The position numbers and the translations under genes were made by a program. Shown piece after piece: positions 58,209 to 64,000 of a DNA stretch of 64,000 bases (positions are counted from its first letter, which is position 1; every line of letters begins with the position of its first letter). The notes beneath the pieces are model-generated. The model was not told where the DNA came from, did no database searches, and was given only the letters and a program-made list of their open reading frames with translations. Source of the stretch: Massalongia carnosa (lineage: Eukaryota); NCBI GenBank assembly GCA_965645245.1, contig OZ287068.1, positions 930,001-994,000 of the forward strand, given 5' to 3'.

Positions 58209-61200
58209 CTCACAAAGGTCATGACCGTTAGACTACAGAAGATCATGACTATGACAAGTCTCAGTAGAAGTTCTTGGCTATTGGACAGCGCGGCAGATAT
58301 GCATGTATGCAATCACAGACCCTCTTTCACTGACTACATAGACTATCCTACAGGACTAGCAGGATCAACGTCCACAGGCACATCGCCAGGAAGAGGGACT
58401 ATTCAAAAAACTTTGACATCAGAGGACGGATCACCTTGTTCAGTTTTGACCCTCAACAATGTACTTTACATTCCTCAATGCCCTGTGAGCCTCGTCAGCC
58501 TTGGACTACTCAATCAGCATTCTATTTTCTATGATAACTCGAACTGGAGACTGTTCCTTGAACCTACCAAGAAAATCATATGTTATGTACCCAGAGTTAA
58601 CAGCAACTTCATGCTACAAACCATAGACACTCTAGATATGAGGATGCATCTGAACAAGATTGACGAGAACACTTATCAAGAAGAAAACGTCGCTATTCAT
58701 CAAACTTTCATAAAATTCAAGCTCACAACTTGGCATGCACGTCTTGGTCATCTCAACATACCGACATGCCGAAAGTACCTGAAAACACTGAACATAACGT
58801 TTGTTGACGATATCAATCAGGGTTGGTTCTGTCATGCTTGCGAGATGGGGAAAGCCACCAAGATATACAATCGAACTCCACAAGAGAAAGCCACGGAGAT
58901 CTTCCAGAAAATAAACTCCGACATGGTAGGACCAATCAAACCAGTAGGGCTCCTTGAAGAGCTCTACTTCTTCACCTTCACCTGTGACGCCAGCAGATAC
59001 ACTCATGTTTATACGGGACACAAAAAAAGTGAATGGTTTGATCACTTGTTGACATACAACAACATGGCTCAAAACAAATCTGGGAAAGCAAAGCCAATAA
59101 GCATCTTTCGCACTGACTTCGGCACAGAACTACGCAGTCACAAGTCAGATAACTGGTTCCTTCAACAAGGTATAATATATGAACCTTCCGCCACATATTC
59201 TCAAGAAGAAAACGGTGTCGCAGAACGAATGGGTAGGACCATCATGGACATGACAAGATGCACAGTTATTGGTGGAGGAATTCCAGATTATCTGTGGACA
59301 GAAGTCGTTTTAGCCATGGTTCACACCAAAAACGTTAGACCAACAAACGCCTTGGGAGGTAAAACCCCCTATGAAGTCTTTGAGAACAAACCACCCAAGC
59401 TAGATCACTTGAGAGTACTTGGATCCACCGTTTATGCATTGATTCATGAACAAGAGCGAAAGGGAATGAACAGCAAGTCTGCAAAATTCGCCCCAAGAGC
59501 TCAGAAAGGAATCTTGTGTGGATATGACGGAAACACTATCTATCGCGTCTTCCTGGAAAAAGACTACAAGGTCATTCGAGTCAAAGATCTACGAATTCAT
59601 GAAGATGCTATAGACAAGAATGAGACTGATCTGCCTACATACGATTCCGTGATGATTGTTGAAGAAGATGAGAATCTGCCTAAAGCCATTTCCAACTCTT
59701 CCAGAACTCAACCACGGTTAAATCCCGAAGTCACTGAAGCTTCAAAACGAGGAAGAGGTAGGCCCAGGAAACATGCTCATGTAGCACAAGTACTGGCCCT
59801 TCTGTCTAATGAAGCACTGACTGAACCAGAGCATATCTTCACAATGGTAGACAAAGATGAAGAAGATCCACTCATACTTCTAGCCAAGGAAATGGAAAAA
59901 GAGGGAGCAGCAAACCTAAACGATCTTGATGCGTTCGTTCAATCAGACATAGCTGAGCCACAGACATATCATCAAGCAATGAACTCCAGCTATTCAAACG
60001 AATGGAGCCTGGCAATGAACGAAGAGCACAAGAGCCTCATGGAAAACAACACCTGGGACACTGTACCTATCGAAACCATGAAACTTGGACACATAGCATT
60101 AAGCGGTAAGTGGGTATATAAGCTAAAGAAAGATGTGAATGGAAACATCACCCGCTTCAAAGCTAGATGGGTCGTCAAGGGATATCTACAACAATACGGA
60201 GTAGACTTCGATCAAACCTTCGCTTCTGTGGTCAAGCCGATGGCCTTTCGTCTGATATTCGCATTAGCTGCTTATCATGACTTGGATATCGAACAACTCG
60301 ATATAGTGACAGCTTTCCTCAATGGCTTCATTGATCAACTCATCTATGTTCACATGCCAAAAGGTTATGACGTACCCGGCATGATATGTAAACTGAACAA
60401 GGCCCTGTATGGTCTAAAACAGTCTCCTCGCCTCTGGTATGAACGACTTTCTACCTTTCTGCTGCAAAAATTAGGACTCGAGAAGCTTCACGCAGACCAC
60501 AGCATCTTCGCCACACCTCAAGGCATAAAAGGTCCCATCGTTACTTCTTTCGTTGATGATCTGAACATCATAGGTCCAAAGGGCTCCCAAATGATCACCG
60601 AAGTCAAGAGACAACTCAAGCTAGCATTCAAAATGGTAGACATGGGACCGATCAGTTACTACTTAGGTCTCAAGGTCGAACGAGATCGAGTCAAAAGGAT
60701 CATCAAGCTATCTCAACCAACCTATATTGAGAAAGTGCTAGAAAGATTTCATATGCAAAATGCAAAAACAGCCAATACTCCCATGCGAGAAGAATGTCTT
60801 TTCACCAATGAATCCCAAGCCTCCGACAAAGACATTAGACAATATCAAACCATTGTTGGATCCATCATGTTCGCGATGATAGAAACAAGACCCGACATTG
60901 CTTTTGCAACATCTGCAGTCAGTCGACATTCGAAAAATCCAAGCAGGACACACATGGAAGCGGCCAAACATATTCTCAGGTATCTTAGCGCTACCAAGGA
61001 CAGAGGTATCACCTTCGGCGGAGGAGACCTGACAATACAAGGGTATTCCGATTCCGACTGGGCCGGAGACAAGGAAGAACGCAAGTCAACGTCTGGTTAT
61101 GTCTTCATGTTAAACAATGGACCCATAAGCTGGTGCTCCAAAAGACAAACAACCGTCGCATTATCATCAACTGAAGCAGAGTATATGGCACTTACCTTAG

Positions 61201-61586
61201 CAGCAAAGGAGGCCACATGGCTACGTTTACTGATGACCGAACTTGGATTAATGACTATAGACAACGAATCCCCAACGGTAAATGTGTTAAGAGGAGAAGG
61301 CACCATCGCATTAAAAGGCGACAATCAAAGCGCCATAGCCCTTGCCAACAATCCTGTCTTACACGCTAGGACTAAGCACATAGACATTCAGCATCACTTC
61401 ATCCGGAACGAGGTCCTCGAGGGACGAATCGACCTCACCTATGTCTCAACAGAAGACATGATAGCAGACGGACTGACAAAACCTCTCACTCATGTTAAGT
61501 TCTTCTCGTTTGTCAGACAATTACACATGGATAACAATTCAACCACGGTTGAACCTACAGGCAAAACAAGTACTGGCAGGACTTGA
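58209..61586 (+). CDS. pol: Copia Pol (protease, GAG-pre-integrase, integrase, RT, RNase H); frame open from the gag stop, first ATG at 58221
   Basis: WLLDSAA (PR), WHARLGH, SDMVGP / RTDFGTE / ENGVAER (IN), KARWVVKG, LYGLKQSPR, FVDD (RT), YSDSDWAG, SSTEAEY, KHIDI, ADGLTKPL (RH). Confidence 0.97.
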   Translation, partial: LTKVMTVRLQKIMTMTSLSRSSWLLDSAADMHVCNHRPSFTDYIDYPTGLAGSTSTGTSPGRGTIQKTLTSEDGSPCSVLTLNNVLYIPQCPVSLVSLGLLNQHSIFYDNSNWRLFLEPTKKIICYVPRVNSNFMLQTIDTLDMRMHLNKIDENTYQEENVAIHQTFIKFKLTTWHARLGHLNIPTCRKYLKTLNITFVDDINQGWFCHACEMGKATKIYNRTPQEKATEIFQKINSDMVGPIKPVGLLEELYFFTFTCDASRYTHVYTGHKKSEWFDHLLTYNNMAQNKSGKAKPISIFRTDFGTELRSHKSDNWFLQQGIIYEPSATYSQEENGVAERMGRTIMDMTRCTVIGGGIPDYLWTEVVLAMVHTKNVRPTNALGGKTPYEVFENKPPKLDHLRVLGSTVYALIHEQERKGMNSKSAKFAPRAQKGILCGYDGNTIYRVFLEKDYKVIRVKDLRIHEDAIDKNETDLPTYDSVMIVEEDENLPKAISNSSRTQPRLNPEVTEASKRGRGRPRKHAHVAQVLALLSNEALTEPEHIFTMVDKDEEDPLILLAKEMEKEGAANLNDLDAFVQSDIAEPQTYHQAMNSSYSNEWSLAMNEEHKSLMENNTWDTVPIETMKLGHIALSGKWVYKLKKDVNGNITRFKARWVVKGYLQQYGVDFDQTFASVVKPMAFRLIFALAAYHDLDIEQLDIVTAFLNGFIDQLIYVHMPKGYDVPGMICKLNKALYGLKQSPRLWYERLSTFLLQKLGLEKLHADHSIFATPQGIKGPIVTSFVDDLNIIGPKGSQMITEVKRQLKLAFKMVDMGPISYYLGLKVERDRVKRIIKLSQPTYIEKVLERFHMQNAKTANTPMREECLFTNESQASDKDIRQYQTIVGSIMFAMIETRPDIAFATSAVSRHSKNPSRTHMEAAKHILRYLSATKDRGITFGGGDLTIQGYSDSDWAGDKEERKSTSGYVFMLNNGPISWCSKRQTTVALSSTEAEYMALTLAAKEATWLRLLMTELGLMTIDNESPTVNVLRGEGTIALKGDNQSAIALANNPVLHARTKHIDIQHHFIRNEVLEGRIDLTYVSTEDMIADGLTKPLTHVKFFSFVRQLHMDNNSTTVEPTGKTSTGRT

Positions 61587-61593
61587 GGGGGGG
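61586..61593 (+). other. Polypurine tract
   Basis: AGGGGGGG immediately before the 3' LTR. Confidence 0.85.
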
Positions 61594-61883
61594 TGTTGAA
61601 TATTCAACTCCTACCAGTACAGTGAACACCTACCAGTTCAATGAACATAGCACCTACGACTGCCCAAGATGGACAGAGCACCTACAGAAACCGTAGATGC
61701 CGTATTAGGCTTAGCCTAGAGATTAGATAAGATCAGCTCAGATAATCTTATCACCTCGCTTAGCAGAGGGTGACCAGTTATGGGACAAAGACTGCTGAAC
61801 AGCACTCTTCATCCTTAACATCACGGTCATACATACCATTTTTATCATAGCCATATAGCCATAGTCATATACCTATTTCAACA
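61594..61883 (+). repeat. 3' LTR (290 bp)
   Basis: Direct repeat of 55980-56269 followed by TSD CAAGC. Confidence 0.97.
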
Positions 61884-61895
61884 CAAGCTTCTGAA

Positions 61896-63113
61896 ATGCC
61901 TCGATACAGCAACAAGCTTCTTTTACAAAGAGATCTGTACCACCTTTTCTTAGCCAGTAGTACTCTTGCCACCTCTTCCAATGAGGCCGATGACGCTTTG
62001 GAATACCTCATTCTTTCTGAAGGATTAAAGGATCAGAGATATCTTTTTTCCAGATCTTCCATTCTCAAGTCCAATTGGGCCGTTCGAGTCCTTCCCACTC
62101 TTTCAGATGATCGATATCGAGGCTATTTACGAATGAGTCGTATCTCCGTTCAACGAATAGTTGATTTAATTCGATCCGATTCGGTCTTCCAAAAAAATTC
62201 CAATATTCAACAGGCACCGGTCGAAAGTCAACTTCAATGTGCCTTATACAAGCTTGGTCATGATGGTAGCGGAAGCGGGTTTCTTTCAACTGCCACCTTT
62301 TGGGGAGTATCCGAGGGACACGTTTTCGATTGTACCAAGCGAGTGGTGGAGGCCTTATGTCGGTTGAGGAATAGCTTCATCAAATGGCCAACTGCAAGAG
62401 CTAGGACAAGAGAAAGCTTAGCCAATGATACTCGAGAATCAGGATTTATCGGAGTAGTAGGAAAGGTGGATGGGACGGATATAGTGCTCAGTACCAAACC
62501 TGGAGGTCGTTATGACGGCGAATTATTCTTTAATCGAAAGAAAAGATACGCCCTGGATTTATGTGCCCTATGCGATTCCGACAAAAGATTCATTTACTTC
62601 CTCAGTGGTTGGCCAAACTCTCAGCACGATCAGAGAATCTTCGCGGCGGGAGATTTGAATAGAAATCCTCATCTTTACTTCTCGGAAGGGCAGTATCTTC
62701 TCGGCGACAGTGCCTACACCAATTCTTGCTATTTGGTGACTCCATACAAGGCCCCTCATACCAGAGATGCGAATGTTCGAAAGTTCAATAGAAGACTGTC
62801 TCGAATTCGTATTGACATCGAGCACACCTTTGGAAGTTTGAAAGGAAGATGGAAAAGTTTAACCGGGCTGAGACTTCGAATTAGAAACAAAAAAGGTTAC
62901 ATCTACGCCATTCGTTGGATTACTGCATGTGTAGTACTGCATAACGTTTTGTTGGACATGCATGATGAATGGGAAGAAGAAGAAGGATGGTGGAGATCAG
63001 AAGAGGAGGCTCATGATGAAGAATTAAAACATTTGGCTACAAGGCAAATGATGGAGGGCATTTTGAAAAGGGAACAGGTAAAAGATCTAGTTCTCAATGA
63101 TATTGGCAGATGA
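61896..63113 (+). CDS. PIF/Harbinger (HARBI1-like, DDE_Tnp_4) transposase, intact frame
   Basis: YLRMSR, VVGKVDGTDI, FNRKKRYA, SGWPNSQHD, LLGDSAY, RIDIEHTFGSLKGRW, ACVVLHN. Confidence 0.93.
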   Translation: MPRYSNKLLLQRDLYHLFLASSTLATSSNEADDALEYLILSEGLKDQRYLFSRSSILKSNWAVRVLPTLSDDRYRGYLRMSRISVQRIVDLIRSDSVFQKNSNIQQAPVESQLQCALYKLGHDGSGSGFLSTATFWGVSEGHVFDCTKRVVEALCRLRNSFIKWPTARARTRESLANDTRESGFIGVVGKVDGTDIVLSTKPGGRYDGELFFNRKKRYALDLCALCDSDKRFIYFLSGWPNSQHDQRIFAAGDLNRNPHLYFSEGQYLLGDSAYTNSCYLVTPYKAPHTRDANVRKFNRRLSRIRIDIEHTFGSLKGRWKSLTGLRLRIRNKKGYIYAIRWITACVVLHNVLLDMHDEWEEEEGWWRSEEEAHDEELKHLATRQMMEGILKREQVKDLVLNDIGR

Positions 63114-63162
63114 CTATTAAGCAAGATGCATCTCATCTTTGAGACATCAATGAAATAAAATC

Positions 63163-64000
63163 TTATCTCTGGGACGTCTTCTCCAGCTCGATTTGTAGTC
63201 GTCGCATGGTCTCCTCATGTTGCATTTTAGCCATGATAATGGATTCTTCATGCTTCAAAATAATCTCCTGATGATGCTGATCTCGTTGCTTGATTTCTAG
63301 ATCATTATTCCTTTGCAGTCTAGCCTGATCAATCTCGAAATCTTTAGATTTCATGAGTTGAACCTCAATCATTGCATCACCCACGGACTTGTTTTTAGAT
63401 CTTTGCTTACTTAGCTTGGGACGAGACGTCTCGCTGTCGCTGTCCACATTCCAGGGACGTTTAGTGGATGATCCCATCTTCTTGTTAAGGATAGAAGGTT
63501 TTAAATGTTTAACCGTCTTCTTCTTCATCGGACCTTCTTTCAACAAATCCGTTTCGGATTGATTATCTTCATCTGTAGTCTTATCCTTAAGATCAATCTC
63601 GAAGTTATCATCTTCTGAATCATCGTTCAGTTCTTTTCCGCCTGTCATCAATTCTGTAGTAACATCAGGCTGAGTGGACTCTATGAGAAATGGAGGGGTA
63701 ATAGTAGGTAGATCCCCCATGATCTCTTCAAATTCATAGTACCATGCGCATTTCTTCAAGATAACCTCCTTGATTGTCTCCCCGCGAGTGTTGTCGGCGA
63801 CAACATCATGATTGGTAGGATACACTCCCCATCCAGTTGTATCGGCCAGACTCCGCGTCTCTTTGAAAGTCTTTATCATCTGACCGATTTTGTCCCTCGT
63901 CTTTTCCTTTGAGATGTCCGGTCGTTGCAGTCCCAATCCACTTTCTTCCAACAAACGTCTGGATGCCTCCACTTTATTACTCTTTTGATAGGTGTTTAGA
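63163..64000 (-). CDS. Harbinger accessory Myb/SANT-like DNA-binding protein (5' end outside window)
   Basis: Frame open to the window edge; KIGQMIKTFKE...TTGWGV...ILKKCAWYYEFEEIMG, acidic linker, coiled-coil tail; convergent with the transposase. Confidence 0.8.
   Translation of the reverse strand, partial: LNTYQKSNKVEASRRLLEESGLGLQRPDISKEKTRDKIGQMIKTFKETRSLADTTGWGVYPTNHDVVADNTRGETIKEVILKKCAWYYEFEEIMGDLPTITPPFLIESTQPDVTTELMTGGKELNDDSEDDNFEIDLKDKTTDEDNQSETDLLKEGPMKKKTVKHLKPSILNKKMGSSTKRPWNVDSDSETSRPKLSKQRSKNKSVGDAMIEVQLMKSKDFEIDQARLQRNNDLEIKQRDQHHQEIILKHEESIIMAKMQHEETMRRLQIELEKTSQR

Larger units (their letters stand above)
55980..61883 (+). mobile_element. Full-length Ty1/Copia LTR retrotransposon
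   Basis: TG...CA LTRs 55980-56269 and 61594-61883, 5-bp TSD CAAGC (55975-55979, 61884-61888), PBS, PPT, gag and PR-IN-RT-RH domain order. Confidence 0.98.
55772..64000. mobile_element. PIF/Harbinger DNA transposon interrupted by the Copia element; left boundary approximate, right end outside window
   Basis: Convergent HARBI1-type transposase and Myb/SANT-like ORFs; removing the Copia joins 55948-55979 in frame to the transposase. TIR cannot be confirmed without the other end. Confidence 0.7.

Noticed and set aside
61896..63113. ORF after pol as an env-like Copia gene
   Set aside because: Lies outside the 3' LTR and TSD and has Harbinger DDE motifs.

Overview
Eukaryotic genomic DNA from a filamentous ascomycete (Pezizomycotina-type genes with short GT-AG introns). 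Conserved intron-containing genes: histidine-phosphatase/PGM-family protein, But2-domain secreted protein, bleomycin hydrolase, kinesin-1, a UBE2G/Cdc34-type E2, a GPI-anchored protein, GPI8, an IFI27-like protein, CCDC124/Lso2, CDC45, a divergent USP-fold protease and an F-box-like protein, plus tRNA-Thr(AGT) and intron-containing tRNA-Glu(CTC). The 19-37 kb interval is a decay zone with an isolated 82-bp LSU rRNA fragment, a P450 pseudogene, an AIM9/APH-like pseudogene and a nested DNA-transposon pair. In that pair, an intact Tc1-family (DD37E) element with CAC...GTG ends is flanked by a 5-bp TCGGG duplication instead of the TA expected for this superfamily, and sits inside the left end of a dead pogo/Fot1 element; this is the most unusual signal I found. 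The last 8 kb holds a second nest upstream of the tRNA-Glu gene: a young, intact Ty1/Copia element (290-bp LTRs identical by eye, half-tRNA PBS, array of covarying hairpins in the 5' leader, gag-UGA-pol layout, AT-hook after the integrase) inserted at the start of a PIF/Harbinger transposase. All calls are by eye from the sequence; no searches were run.
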